Positions 10,465 to 20,016 of a stretch of DNA of 32,000 bases are shown here, one piece after another. Both the position numbers and the translations under genes were made by a program. Position 1 is the stretch's first letter. Each line of letters begins with the position of its first letter. Source of the DNA: Methanothermobacter marburgensis str. Marburg. Its GTDB lineage: Archaea; Methanobacteriota; Methanobacteria; Methanobacteriales; Methanothermobacteraceae. The DNA lies in the NCBI RefSeq assembly GCF_000145295.1, contig NC_014408.1, positions 1,320,001-1,352,000 on the forward strand, read 5' to 3'. Below the pieces are notes generated by a model. It saw only the letters and a list, made by a program, of their open reading frames with translations, was not told the origin of the DNA and made no database searches.

Positions 10465-11706
10465 ATGGCTAAAGAAAAAGAACACATGAACCTGGCGTTT
10501 ATTGGACACGTAGACCACGGAAAATCCACACTAGTGGGACACCTGCTCCTCCAGGCAGGGGCAATCGCCGAGCAGCAGCTGGCTGACGGTGAGGACAAGT
10601 TCAGGTTCGTCATGGACAGGCTCTCCGAAGAAAGGGAAAGGGGAGTTACAATCGACCTTGCACACGCAAAATTCGAAACAGACAAGTATGAGTTCACCAT
10701 CGTGGACTGCCCTGGACACCGTGACTTCGTTAAGAACATGATTACAGGTGCATCCCAGGCAGACGCCGCAGTCCTTGTGGTGGCAGTTGACGACGGTGTA
10801 ATGCCCCAGACCAAGGAGCACGTCTTCCTATCAAGGACACTGGGTATAAACCAGCTCATAGTGGCCATCAACAAGATGGACCTCGTTAACTACGACGAAG
10901 AAAAATTCAACGCCCTCAAGGATGAGGTTGCAGCCCTCATCAAAACAGTTGGTTACAAGCCAAGCGACGTTGAATTCATACCACTCTCAGCCTTCGAGGG
11001 TGACAACATAACAACCAAGAGCGACAACACAGCATGGTACAAGGGTAAAACACTCGTTGAAGCACTAGACGAACTTGAAGCACCTGAAAAACCTGTGGAC
11101 CTTCCACTGAGGATACCCATACAGGACGTCTACTCCATCACAGGTGTGGGTACAGTTCCTGTTGGACGTGTGGAGACAGGTACACTCAAGAAGGGTGAAA
11201 ACGTCATATTTGAACCAGCAGGTGTCAGTGGAGAGGTCAAGTCCATCGAGATGCACCACGAGATGATCGACCAGGCAGAGCCCGGTGACAACATAGGTTT
11301 CAACGTAAGGGGTGTCGGTAAAAACGACATCAGAAGGGGAGACGTTGCAGGACACCTGGACAACCCACCAAAGGTTGCCAAGGAGTTCACAGCACAGATC
11401 GTCGTTCTTCAGCACCCTGGTGTCATAACAGTCGGTTACACACCTGTATTCCACTGCCACACAGCACAGGTTGCCTGCACATTCCTTGAACTTGTGCAGA
11501 AAATGAACCCTGCAACAGGTCAGGTTGAAGAGGAAAACCCTGACTTCCTCAAAACAGGTAACGCTGCTGTCGTGAAGGTCAAACCAACCAAGCCACTGGT
11601 CATTGAAAAGATAAAGGACATCCCACACATGGGAAGGTTCGCCATAAGGGACATGGGACAGACAGTGGCTGCTGGAATGTGTATAGACCTTGTACCAGCA
11701 AAATAA
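10465..11706 (+). CDS. tuf: Translation elongation factor 1-alpha (aEF-1A)
   Basis: 413 aa. GGAGGT Shine-Dalgarno. Motifs [17 protein letters not shown] and NKMD are present. Confidence 0.95.
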   Translation: MAKEKEHMNLAFIGHVDHGKSTLVGHLLLQAGAIAEQQLADGEDKFRFVMDRLSEERERGVTIDLAHAKFETDKYEFTIVDCPGHRDFVKNMITGASQADAAVLVVAVDDGVMPQTKEHVFLSRTLGINQLIVAINKMDLVNYDEEKFNALKDEVAALIKTVGYKPSDVEFIPLSAFEGDNITTKSDNTAWYKGKTLVEALDELEAPEKPVDLPLRIPIQDVYSITGVGTVPVGRVETGTLKKGENVIFEPAGVSGEVKSIEMHHEMIDQAEPGDNIGFNVRGVGKNDIRRGDVAGHLDNPPKVAKEFTAQIVVLQHPGVITVGYTPVFHCHTAQVACTFLELVQKMNPATGQVEEENPDFLKTGNAAVVKVKPTKPLVIEKIKDIPHMGRFAIRDMGQTVAAGMCIDLVPAK

Positions 11707-11741
11707 ACCCCATCCCTTCCCTTTTTTAAAGGAGGATTCAG

Positions 11742-12050
11742 ATGCACAAAGCAAGGATTAAACTCACAGGGACAGACCCTGAAAAACTGGCATACGTCTG
11801 TGACCAGCTGAAGAAGATCGCTGAGAGGACAGGCGTGGACATGTCAGGCCCAATACCCCTCCCAACCAAGAGGCTTGTTGTCCCAACAAGGAAATCACCT
11901 GATGGTGAGGGAACCGCAACCTGGGAGAAATGGGAGATGAGGATCCACAAGAGACTTGTGGGTATAGAGGCCGATGAAAGGGCAATGCGTCAGGTCATGA
12001 AGGTCAATGTACCTGACAACGTCAGCATAGAAATAGAACTCAAGAGTTAA
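11742..12050 (+). CDS. rps10: 30S ribosomal protein S10
   Basis: 102 aa with an AAAGGAGGA Shine-Dalgarno. Sequence is S10-type and it occupies the conserved position after tuf. Confidence 0.92.
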   Translation: MHKARIKLTGTDPEKLAYVCDQLKKIAERTGVDMSGPIPLPTKRLVVPTRKSPDGEGTATWEKWEMRIHKRLVGIEADERAMRQVMKVNVPDNVSIEIELKS

Positions 12051-12090
12051 CTGGGGTGCAAACCCCTATAACCAAATTCATGGACCAAAA

Positions 12091-12101
12091 ACTATATAAA
12101 T
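12091..12101 (+). promoter_or_regulatory. Putative TATA box (ACTATATAAAT) for the tRNA-Ser cluster
   Basis: Lies about 35 nt upstream of the first tRNA 5' end (12133), a spacing appropriate for an archaeal TATA-to-start distance. Confidence 0.5.
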
Positions 12102-12132
12102 AAGAGTTTATCAATCTCTTTTATCTGATGCT

Positions 12133-12224
<92 letters not shown>

Positions 12225-12253
12225 ACCTTTTTCTAAAACTAATAACTTATTCT

Positions 12254-12345
<92 letters not shown>

Positions 12346-12374
12346 ACCTTTTTCTAAAACTAATAACTTATTCT

Positions 12375-12460
<86 letters not shown>

Positions 12461-12489
12461 AGAATAAGAATTTAAAATATAGGAGGAAG

Positions 12490-12528
12490 AGACCGCCATT
12501 AGAGTGGCGGTCTGGACCCTTAAAAAAA
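12490..12528. terminator. Stem-loop plus A7/T7 run between convergent tRNA cluster and mtrA-like gene
   Basis: AGACCGCCA-ttagag-TGGCGGTCT (9-bp stem, 12490-12513), followed by A7 at 12522-12528 (T7 on the minus strand, just after the minus-strand stop at 12533). Confidence 0.4.
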
Positions 12529-12532
12529 GTAA

Positions 12533-13090
12533 TCAGGTGTTTTCATCGGGTTTATTTTTATTCAGATCCTCAGAAGGCCTTAAAATGAGGGGCTCCTCAT
12601 CAATTGCCCCTGAGTCATGCACCACACACTCCCCTATTCTTTCTCTTATTGCAGCGGGATCCTCAACATCTACCATGTCAACAAGTTCCACCTGCCTTCG
12701 GAACCTCTCTATGGCCTCATCAGGCATGTTCTCTATGTAGGGGATGGCACCGGTGGCCCCGATTATCCTCCCGGTTTCTCCATCAACCCCATTGCTGTGG
12801 AGGGCCTTCATGGTCTGACCAGTGATGTGACCCATGACCTCCGCACCGCATACAAGAAGGAATCTGAGGTTGGGGTTTGCAATTACATTACCAACGACCT
12901 TCTCTATTCCAAGGTTCTCTGTGTGCAGTGGACCTGAAATCGCTGCGCCTGCCCTTACAGGCTCATCTTCCATGTGGGACCCGAGGGTGACAACCGCAAC
13001 CGGACTTTCGGCATCACCAACCACATAGTCCCCAACTATGTGGGGCCAGTCCTCGGGTACCGGTTTCTTGTCAACCTTCTTGTCAACCAT
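12533..13090 (-). CDS. MtrA-like protein (paralogue of tetrahydromethanopterin S-methyltransferase subunit A) lacking the C-terminal membrane helix
   Basis: Matches MtrA throughout ([41 protein letters not shown]). It ends in a hydrophilic tail ([13 protein letters not shown]). I chose the ATG at 13090 because AGAGGTG lies 7 nt upstream; the longer ORF start at 13111 has no SD. Confidence 0.85.
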   Translation of the reverse strand: MVDKKVDKKPVPEDWPHIVGDYVVGDAESPVAVVTLGSHMEDEPVRAGAAISGPLHTENLGIEKVVGNVIANPNLRFLLVCGAEVMGHITGQTMKALHSNGVDGETGRIIGATGAIPYIENMPDEAIERFRRQVELVDMVDVEDPAAIRERIGECVVHDSGAIDEEPLILRPSEDLNKNKPDENT

Positions 13091-13112
13091 TACAAACACC
13101 TCTTTAACCATC

Positions 13113-13154
13113 AGTTAATTTTTAACTTCTGGTTAAAGTTTAACTTGTAGTTAA
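13113..13154. promoter_or_regulatory. Operator-like array: five hexamer half-sites in alternating orientation at exact 9-bp spacing
   Basis: AGTTAA(13113) ttt TTAACT(13122) tct GGTTAA(13131) agt TTAACT(13140) tgt AGTTAA(13149). The array lies between the divergent mtrA-like and tetR genes, next to the shared TATA element. Confidence 0.6.
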
Positions 13155-13166
13155 AAATATATAAAT
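13154..13166. promoter_or_regulatory. Palindromic TATA element (AAAATATATAAAT) usable on both strands
   Basis: Reads TATATAAA on the + strand (tetR ATG at 13233) and TTTATATA on the - strand (mtrA-like ATG at 13090). Confidence 0.5.
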
Positions 13167-13232
13167 CTTCCGGTAAAAGTCTTTTAAACCCGCAGAACAG
13201 ATATCCTACAGATACAGAAAAGGTGAATCAAG

Positions 13233-13886
13233 ATGGCCCCGACTTCCAGGAGAGAACGTGAAAGGCAGAAAAGACAGATGCAGATAATAAGGGCTGCTGA
13301 GAAGGCATTCTTCGAGAGGGGCTACGACAATGTGACCATGGATGAAATAGCAGAAAGGGCGGAGGTAAACAAGGCACTCCTCTACTATTACTTCAAAAAT
13401 AAGGAGGCCCTTTTCTTCGCCGTTAACCTCTACGGTGTAAGAATACTCCACAAGATGTACTCAGAATGTTCAGAACTTGAAACAGACGGTTACGGCAAGG
13501 TTAAGGCCATGGTGGACGCCCTTTACAGATTCTCAAAGGAACACCCTGACTACTTCAGGATATACTGCTACAGTGGCACAGAAAGATTTGAGATGAGCGA
13601 AACTGAGGATGCAAGGGAGATAGTGGATCTCCGTACAGGGATGTGGAGACTCATGGTTGAGGCAATCATAGAGGGTATGAAGGACGGCAGCATTCGCAGT
13701 GACCTCGACCCAGTTGAGCTATCCATATACATACATACACTGGCCATAAATTCCCTCAACCTCGACCTCACATCAAGGATGGTTCTTGAGGCTCGAAAAA
13801 TCGGTAGGGACAGATTCTGGAGGGACCTTGAGATATTCCTTGAATCGGCCCTGAAAAATCAGAAGCCAGAAAGCGGAGACTCATGA
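13233..13886 (+). CDS. TetR/AcrR family transcriptional regulator
   Basis: N-terminal [30 protein letters not shown]. 217 aa. AAGGTGA Shine-Dalgarno. Confidence 0.88.
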   Translation: MAPTSRRERERQKRQMQIIRAAEKAFFERGYDNVTMDEIAERAEVNKALLYYYFKNKEALFFAVNLYGVRILHKMYSECSELETDGYGKVKAMVDALYRFSKEHPDYFRIYCYSGTERFEMSETEDAREIVDLRTGMWRLMVEAIIEGMKDGSIRSDLDPVELSIYIHTLAINSLNLDLTSRMVLEARKIGRDRFWRDLEIFLESALKNQKPESGDS

Positions 13887-13954
13887 ATAGCAGCCACAAC
13901 ATAAATAACTATATAAGGTTTTAGATACAATCTGTATTTAAAGTAACGATATGC

Positions 13955-14440
13955 GTGAGGAAAAGAATGAATATGGATGATGAAGCTAACTTCGTGATAA
14001 TAGACAACAGCCAGGAAGATAAAAAGAATCTTGGACTCCTTGTGGATGGTCCAAACATGCTCAGAAAGGAATTCTGCTCAGACCTTGACTTTGTTAAGAA
14101 CCTTCTGGTTGACAGGGGAAACCTCAGGGTGGGTAAGGTCCTCCTCAATCAGTACGCCTCAGATAAACTCATCGAGGCAGTTGTAAACCAGGGCTTTTCT
14201 CCCATGATAGTCGCAGGGGACGTGGATGTCCAGCTTGCAGTGGAGGCCTTTGAACTCATACATAACCCCCACATTGATGTGGTTGCACTGATGACCCGTA
14301 ATGCAGATTTCCTCCCCCTAATAAACATAGCAAAGGAGAACGGGAAGGAAACCCTTGTTATAGGTGCAGAGCCCGGGTTCAGCATAGCACTCCAGAACTC
14401 GGCAGATGACTCCATAAAACTCATAGGTGAAGGTGTCTGA
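13955..14440 (+). CDS. NYN/LabA-like domain protein (archaeal TIGR00288-type family)
   Basis: Motifs [18 protein letters not shown] and [10 protein letters not shown] fit the NYN fold family. The start is uncertain (GTG 13955, ATG 13967 or ATG 13973). Confidence 0.7.
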   Translation: MRKRMNMDDEANFVIIDNSQEDKKNLGLLVDGPNMLRKEFCSDLDFVKNLLVDRGNLRVGKVLLNQYASDKLIEAVVNQGFSPMIVAGDVDVQLAVEAFELIHNPHIDVVALMTRNADFLPLINIAKENGKETLVIGAEPGFSIALQNSADDSIKLIGEGV

Positions 14441-14886
14441 TGGTGTACCGGAGAATACTGATACCCACAGATGGCTCAGATGACGCCAGGAAGGCAACAG
14501 AACACGCATTCAGAATTGCAGAGATGAGCGGTGCAGATATCCTCGGGATAAGTGTAGTTGACACATCCTACAGGAAGGTCTGGGATGAGGATATCAGCAG
14601 GCGCATTGAAAGGATACTCAGAAAACAGTCAGAGAAGGCAATATCCATCCTCAAGGACGAATTTTCATCAATGCAGGAAAATGGTAGGATGAAGGAGTGC
14701 AAACTAGATACCCAGATACTTGAGGGCAACCCTGCAGAGGTTATCCTCGAGACAATGGAGGATGAGGATGTGGACCTGGTCGTCATGGGCAGTTCAGGTA
14801 AACACGGCCTCGACCGCATAATATCAGGAAGCATAACGCGTAAGGTTCTTAAATCTGCAGAAACCCCCATACTGGTGGTTGGGTAA
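14440..14886 (+). CDS. Universal stress protein (UspA family)
   Basis: ILIPTDGS N-terminus and ATP-binding C-terminal motif VVMGSSGKHGLDRIISGSITRKVL. The ATG shares base 14440 with the preceding TGA. Confidence 0.88.
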   Translation: MVYRRILIPTDGSDDARKATEHAFRIAEMSGADILGISVVDTSYRKVWDEDISRRIERILRKQSEKAISILKDEFSSMQENGRMKECKLDTQILEGNPAEVILETMEDEDVDLVVMGSSGKHGLDRIISGSITRKVLKSAETPILVVG

Positions 14887-14904
14887 ATAAGTGAAGGTGA
14901 TTCA

Positions 14905-15312
14905 ATGATAGGAAAAAAGACATTAAGTGATGAGAAACTGGCGCTTATAACCTTCAGCGGACCCTTAAGCAAAACCGGTGAAATCATTGAAGATGTGATG
15001 GAATTCATCTCATCAGAGGACCTTGAAATAGCAGGTGACCCGGTGGTGATATTCTACACAAGCCCCCTCAAGGATGATGGCCGGTATGATGCCGGAATAC
15101 CCATAAAGGGCGAATCAGAGGGTGCCGGTGACATTAAAATTGTTACGATCCCCGAACACACCGTCATATTTAAAGAATACACTGAAAACCGGAATGAAGC
15201 CTATGAGGAGCTCATAGCTTACACAGAGGAGAACGGAATTGACATAATAGGGGCGCCACGGGAGATATACCATGAAAAGGTAAGGGAAATACAGTTCCCT
15301 GTTATACTATAG
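14905..15312 (+). CDS. GyrI-like small-molecule-binding domain protein
   Basis: 135 aa with a GAAGGTGAT Shine-Dalgarno. The pattern (IPEHTVIFKEYT...AYEELIAYTEENGIDIIGAPREIYH) is typical of the GyrI-like/AraC effector-binding fold. Assignment is by recall of the family. Confidence 0.6.
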   Translation: MIGKKTLSDEKLALITFSGPLSKTGEIIEDVMEFISSEDLEIAGDPVVIFYTSPLKDDGRYDAGIPIKGESEGAGDIKIVTIPEHTVIFKEYTENRNEAYEELIAYTEENGIDIIGAPREIYHEKVREIQFPVIL

Positions 15313-15389
15313 GTAAATTCCCTGTTTTATTGATTCAATTCCTGTTCTTCTTAAGTTCATGATTTAACCCCATTTCCCATGACAAAAAT

Positions 15390-16526
15390 TTAATTCCTGT
15401 TTTTTTCGATGATCTCCCTGAAGGAGTCAATGACATACTGAACCTGCCCATCTGTCATCCCATAGACACTGCACTTGAACCACTTGGTCTGACCCCTTCT
15501 TATACCCACAATCCTCCTCTTCTTAAGTTCCTCGTAGAGGAAGAACCCCTTCCTGGGATGTGAAGATGCGATATCGTGGAATACGGGGGTTTCAAACCTC
15601 ACAAGGTCGTGTTCCTTGGGCCTCTTACCAATCTGCCTTATACCCCCCATTTCCTCGAGTTCAGAGACAAGTTTCCGGGTTTTTTTAATCTCATCGTCCC
15701 ACCTGGAAACCCTCTCCACAACGTGTGGAAGGGAAGCCATGAGGGTGGCAAGTGGTGCTCCACGTGATGTGCAGCCCAGCATCTCAATCTCCTTCTTCTC
15801 ATGCCTCCCTGACCTTCTGAGAAGGGTGTCCTCCCATTCAGACCTCATCCCAAGAACACCTATCGGTCCAGAGGCCGCCATGCTCTTGTGCCCGCTTCCA
15901 ACAACAAAGTCCGCTCCGATTTCTCTGAGTTTAACAGGGAGGCGCCCCATGGAATAGGCGCAGTTCAGGAGAAGTGGGACACCCATCTTTCTGCATATCC
16001 TGGCTACCTCCTCTGCATCGGTGAGGTTACCGTAATTACCATCCACATGTGTTAGAACTGCAAGTTTAACATCAACCCTGTCAGCGACATCCTCAAGGAC
16101 CTCCCTGTAGGCCTCAGGTTTTATCTCATAGTCAGGGTATCCTGTTGATGGGACCTCAACAATCTCAAGGTTGTTTCTCTCTGCAGCGAGGTGTGTTGTG
16201 TAGTGTGCGTTTCCATCTGCAACGATGGTGTCACCAGCCTCGCAGAGGGCGTGCATCACCGCAAATTTACCCTCCCTTGCCCCGTGAACAGTCCTGACAG
16301 CATCGGCGTCTATGAAATCTGCAAGGTCATCAAGGAAACTGTTCACAGCCGGCCTTGTAACCTGGTCCAGTCTTCCAGCGCAGTAATCACAGACACTGTA
16401 GCCATCCCCAAATTCATAGAGGGCCTTCCTGGCGGCTGCAGGTAAAACACCGCCCCTCTGGAGGGGGTTGAGGTTGAGGTTGTCCCTCTCAAGTGCCCTT
16501 GTAATACCATAATCAGCGCATTCCAT
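15390..16526 (-). CDS. pscS: O-phospho-L-seryl-tRNA:Cys-tRNA synthase (SepCysS)
   Basis: PLP-lysine motif [14 protein letters not shown], overall SepCysS-like sequence, about 378 aa. I preferred the ATG at 16526 (GGGTGAT upstream) over the TTG at 16532. Confidence 0.85.
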   Translation of the reverse strand: MECADYGITRALERDNLNLNPLQRGGVLPAAARKALYEFGDGYSVCDYCAGRLDQVTRPAVNSFLDDLADFIDADAVRTVHGAREGKFAVMHALCEAGDTIVADGNAHYTTHLAAERNNLEIVEVPSTGYPDYEIKPEAYREVLEDVADRVDVKLAVLTHVDGNYGNLTDAEEVARICRKMGVPLLLNCAYSMGRLPVKLREIGADFVVGSGHKSMAASGPIGVLGMRSEWEDTLLRRSGRHEKKEIEMLGCTSRGAPLATLMASLPHVVERVSRWDDEIKKTRKLVSELEEMGGIRQIGKRPKEHDLVRFETPVFHDIASSHPRKGFFLYEELKKRRIVGIRRGQTKWFKCSVYGMTDGQVQYVIDSFREIIEKNRN

Positions 16527-16528
16527 AA

Positions 16529-17038
16529 TCAATCACCCAGTAAATCAATGATCCTCCGATAAACATGATCACGGCTCTCAGGAGCCACAACAAATACTCT
16601 TATGTCACCCCTCTTTCTTATACTTTGAACAAGTTTTCTGTGGACCGCTGCAACCACAGGAACTTCTGAATCCAGCGCCTCCTCCACAGCCCTCCTGAAC
16701 CCCTCACTCTTAAGTTCCATTGGGGCTATCTCATCTATCAGGACACAGTCGTCCTCTTTCAGCGCCCTCATTATCGCTGGAACAGCGATTTCATCAATAA
16801 CCTCAACGTTCACACCGTACCTTCCAACCCGCGGCCCCCTGCTATCCACCGAGGCAAGAAGACCCCTTCTACCTGATTTTATATCCACAACCTCAAAGCC
16901 AACCCTTGATGAACCCTCCCTCACCTCCGGGGTGAATATGCCCCCAGTAGAAAGACCCGAAAGTTCCAGGTAATCCTTTATTCTCTCAATAAGGGTGCTC
17001 TTCCCGCTTCCAGGCCTTCCTGTTATTAAAATCTTCAC
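16529..17038 (-). CDS. Nucleoside-triphosphatase THEP1 family (P-loop NTPase)
   Basis: Walker [10 protein letters not shown] and Walker [12 protein letters not shown] chose the GTG at 17038 (giving (M)KILITG...) because GAGGTGA lies 5 nt upstream; the ORF-track start at 17047 lies inside that SD. Confidence 0.8.
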   Translation of the reverse strand: MKILITGRPGSGKSTLIERIKDYLELSGLSTGGIFTPEVREGSSRVGFEVVDIKSGRRGLLASVDSRGPRVGRYGVNVEVIDEIAVPAIMRALKEDDCVLIDEIAPMELKSEGFRRAVEEALDSEVPVVAAVHRKLVQSIRKRGDIRVFVVAPESRDHVYRRIIDLLGD

Positions 17039-17058
17039 ATGGCTCACCTCAACTATCC

Positions 17059-18051
17059 TCAGATAAGATTTTCAATACCCTCCCTCAGAGCCCATCGCCT
17101 CGCCTCTTCAAGTTCCTCACGGGATGGATAACGGTTCAGTTCAGGGTACCATGATGCCCTGTAGAGGGGCCTGTACTGGCCCATGATGTTCATTACGGTA
17201 TCCTTCCCAAGGTTATCTGCGACCCATGATATGATGGGTTTTGTGCAGCACTCAATGTGCCCTGGAATCACCAGGTGCCTTATTATCATATCTTCTCCCC
17301 TTATTCTGAGGTGATTCTCTGATACGACCTCAAAGTAGTTCCCTACGCCGGCAAGTTTCAATGCACAGTCACTGTTGCCAAATTTGAAGTCGGTGAGGTA
17401 GAGGTCCACGATACCGCTCAGGAGCCTCATGGATTCCTGTGAGAGGTACATGTTGCTGTTCCATACCACCGGTACGCTGATGGATATTCGCCGGAGGACA
17501 CATAGAATGTAGGGTAGTGCAGGGGTTGGGTCTCCCCCAACGAAGTTGACGTTGGCTGAACCCCTCCGCCTCCGCTCCTCTATGAGGGCCGCGAGTCGGT
17601 CCTCAGGGATGCTGACACCCACAGATGGGTTCTGTGATATGTCCCAGTTCTGGCAGAAGACACAGTTCATTGTGCAGCCCGAGAAGAAGATCGTGTGACT
17701 GGGCACCAGCGGCGCCTCTTCGCCGTAGTGCAGGAACTCCGATGCAACCCTGGGTGATGTGACACCGCATCTTCCAGGGTTCAGGTTACGATCAACACCG
17801 CATCTCCAGTGGCACAGTGAACATTTCCTGAGCATCCTCTCTGCAATTTCAATTTTAAGATCAAGGAATGATCTTCTGCACTCCCCCGAACACTCAAAGC
17901 CCTGCTCTATTCTTTCATGTTCCCGCCAGAGTTCACTGGTATCTGACTCCCTGTTGAATGATGCTGGAGTGGCCTTTGCCTCAAGAAATCTTGCATCCTT
18001 CCTTCCGTCCCTCACCTCAAGGTAGTGGCCAAGAGCATCTTTAAGTGACAT
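17059..18051 (-). CDS. Radical SAM protein, PflX-like (COG1313-type homologue of pyruvate formate-lyase activase), substrate unknown
   Basis: CX3CX2C cluster motif CTMNCVFCQNW, plus an N-terminal extra Cys cluster CSLCHWRCGVDRNLNPGRCGV. Confidence 0.8.
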   Translation of the reverse strand: MSLKDALGHYLEVRDGRKDARFLEAKATPASFNRESDTSELWREHERIEQGFECSGECRRSFLDLKIEIAERMLRKCSLCHWRCGVDRNLNPGRCGVTSPRVASEFLHYGEEAPLVPSHTIFFSGCTMNCVFCQNWDISQNPSVGVSIPEDRLAALIEERRRRGSANVNFVGGDPTPALPYILCVLRRISISVPVVWNSNMYLSQESMRLLSGIVDLYLTDFKFGNSDCALKLAGVGNYFEVVSENHLRIRGEDMIIRHLVIPGHIECCTKPIISWVADNLGKDTVMNIMGQYRPLYRASWYPELNRYPSREELEEARRWALREGIENLI

Positions 18052-18052
18052 T

Positions 18053-19345
18053 TTAACCTGTTACATGGATTCCCTCAACAATGAGGGGTGCTGTTACAAA
18101 GTCTCCAATCTGCCTTCTCTCAAGGTCTGTGGATGAGACGTTCTTCATAAGGTCGAATATGTTACCAGAGAGCATTGCCTTCTTCACCGGCGTGAATTCG
18201 CCACCCTCCATAAGGAAGGCGTTGTTGGCCTCAACCGAGAAGTCACCTGAGATAGGGTTTGCTGTGTGGGCACCCAGCACATCAGTCACGTATATCCCGC
18301 TGAAATCATCAACTGGAACCTCATCCCCAAATTCAAGGACGAAATTTGTGGTTGAAACCATGGGTATGTCAGAGTAGCTTCGAAGCCCGTTACCTGTGCT
18401 CTCACATGAACCCTTAGATGCAGTGTAGATGCTGTGTATGTAGCCCTCAAGGACTCCATCGGCAACAAGGAGTGTTCTCTGGGATAGTGTACCCTCCCCA
18501 TCAAAGGGTGATGAGCCAAGACCACCCCTCAGCGTACCATCATCATATATGCTCAGTTCAGGGGATGTTATTTCAGTGCCGATTCTATCAGCCAGGAGGG
18601 ATCTACCCCTCTGAACATTATCTGCACTGAATGCCGCGGCAAATGTGCCGAGCAACCCTGCGGCTGCATGGTAATCCAGTACAGCTGACATCCTTCCACT
18701 CTCAACATTTTCACCGCCAAGGGAATCCCTGGCTATTCTGCAGGCTCTTCCGGCTATCCATTCAGGGTCTATGTCCATGCTGCATGATGAATCAGACTCA
18801 TATGCCGTTGTCCTGGACCCATTTTTCTCGGCATTCACTGATATATATGCTGAGAATCCCGTTGACCTTGATGAAGCCTCAACACCCTCCGAGTTCAGGA
18901 TGAATGTTTCAACCATGGATGCTGAAAACCCGCCGCTTGTTGGTCTGCAGCCCTCATCAAGTGTTTTATCAACCATGAGCTCTGCGATACTGGCAGCTTC
19001 CCCAACGTCCAGTTCCAGGAATGATGTGTCAAAGATCTCCTTCACGGTGGGGTAGCTGGCCGGCTCTGAAAACCCAAAATTTTCATCTGGATCGGCAAGC
19101 CTGAGATTCTCTGTGGCCATTTTAACGGCTTGCTGGAGATTGGATGGATCTGAGGTGTATGCAAAGCCCATCCTGCCCCCATTAAGTACTCTTATACCGA
19201 TACCTGTCATGGATTCTATCTTACCAAAGTCTATGAGGTCCCTCTGGACCTCCACATCAACCGTCTGTTCCCTTTCAATGTAGACCTCAGCCATCTCAGC
19301 GTTCCTTAAGGCCAGCTTGAGGGCCTTTTCGGCAAAATCAAACAT
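18053..19345 (-). CDS. TldD/PmbA family metallopeptidase-like protein
   Basis: 430 aa. N-terminal GIGIRVLNGGRMGFAYTSD and overall PmbA/TldD-type pattern. Family-level call only. Confidence 0.8.
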   Translation of the reverse strand: MFDFAEKALKLALRNAEMAEVYIEREQTVDVEVQRDLIDFGKIESMTGIGIRVLNGGRMGFAYTSDPSNLQQAVKMATENLRLADPDENFGFSEPASYPTVKEIFDTSFLELDVGEAASIAELMVDKTLDEGCRPTSGGFSASMVETFILNSEGVEASSRSTGFSAYISVNAEKNGSRTTAYESDSSCSMDIDPEWIAGRACRIARDSLGGENVESGRMSAVLDYHAAAGLLGTFAAAFSADNVQRGRSLLADRIGTEITSPELSIYDDGTLRGGLGSSPFDGEGTLSQRTLLVADGVLEGYIHSIYTASKGSCESTGNGLRSYSDIPMVSTTNFVLEFGDEVPVDDFSGIYVTDVLGAHTANPISGDFSVEANNAFLMEGGEFTPVKKAMLSGNIFDLMKNVSSTDLERRQIGDFVTAPLIVEGIHVTG

Positions 19346-20016
19346 CAGATATCCACCCCGGCAAATTTATGGATAGCCTCTCTAACTCCATCACCATATT
19401 CCCTTGCAGTCACATAATCTGCCATTTCCCTGAGCTCAGGGTCTGCATTGGCAACGGCCACGCTGAAGCCCGCCCTTTCAAGGAACTCAATATCGTTCTC
19501 ACTGTCCCCTATTGCCATGACATCAGACATTTCAATCCCCATTGACTCCGCCACAAGTTTAAGAGAAGAGCCCTTATTCACTTCAGGGTCTGTAAGGTGT
19601 ACTGCAAATCCCGTGTCATAGACCTCAACATCAAATCCCTCAAGGGCCTCCCTGATGGCCTGAACAGGGATTTCCCTGGTGATTGCAACCTCAGATAACC
19701 TGAGATCAGAGAACTGGACCTTCCTGACAGGGTGAATCTCCCTAAGGTGATTGTAGGCTGTTTCTGCCTTTTCAATATCACCCAGGACCCTTATACCCCC
19801 ATCAGAGTATATCACACCACCATTTTCAGCCACAACATCACCACTTGTCCCTATAAGGACTGATGCTGCCATTGCAAAGCACAGGACATTCCCTGTCACG
19901 ATTATGACAGGGATTCCTTTTCTTTCAGCACCCCTGAGGGCCCTGAGAGCGCTGATGCACAGTTTTCTGGAGCTGTCTGTTATTGTGCCATCTATGTCAA
20001 CCGCAATGGCCCTCAT
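19345..20016 (-). CDS. HAD-IIB phosphatase, archaeal phosphoglycolate phosphatase type
   Basis: HAD motif I AVDIDGT and motif IV GDSENDIEF. I used the ATG at 20016 (MRAIAVDIDGT), which shares one base with the hypD stop; the longer ORF start at 20109 lies inside hypD. Confidence 0.8.
   Translation of the reverse strand: MRAIAVDIDGTITDSSRKLCISALRALRGAERKGIPVIIVTGNVLCFAMAASVLIGTSGDVVAENGGVIYSDGGIRVLGDIEKAETAYNHLREIHPVRKVQFSDLRLSEVAITREIPVQAIREALEGFDVEVYDTGFAVHLTDPEVNKGSSLKLVAESMGIEMSDVMAIGDSENDIEFLERAGFSVAVANADPELREMADYVTAREYGDGVREAIHKFAGVDI

Noticed and set aside
13091-13111. Longer start (13111) of the MtrA-like gene
   Set aside because: No ribosome-binding site precedes it, and it would abut the operator array. 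The ATG at 13090 has AGAGGTG 7 nt upstream and gives an MtrA-like MVDKK N-terminus.
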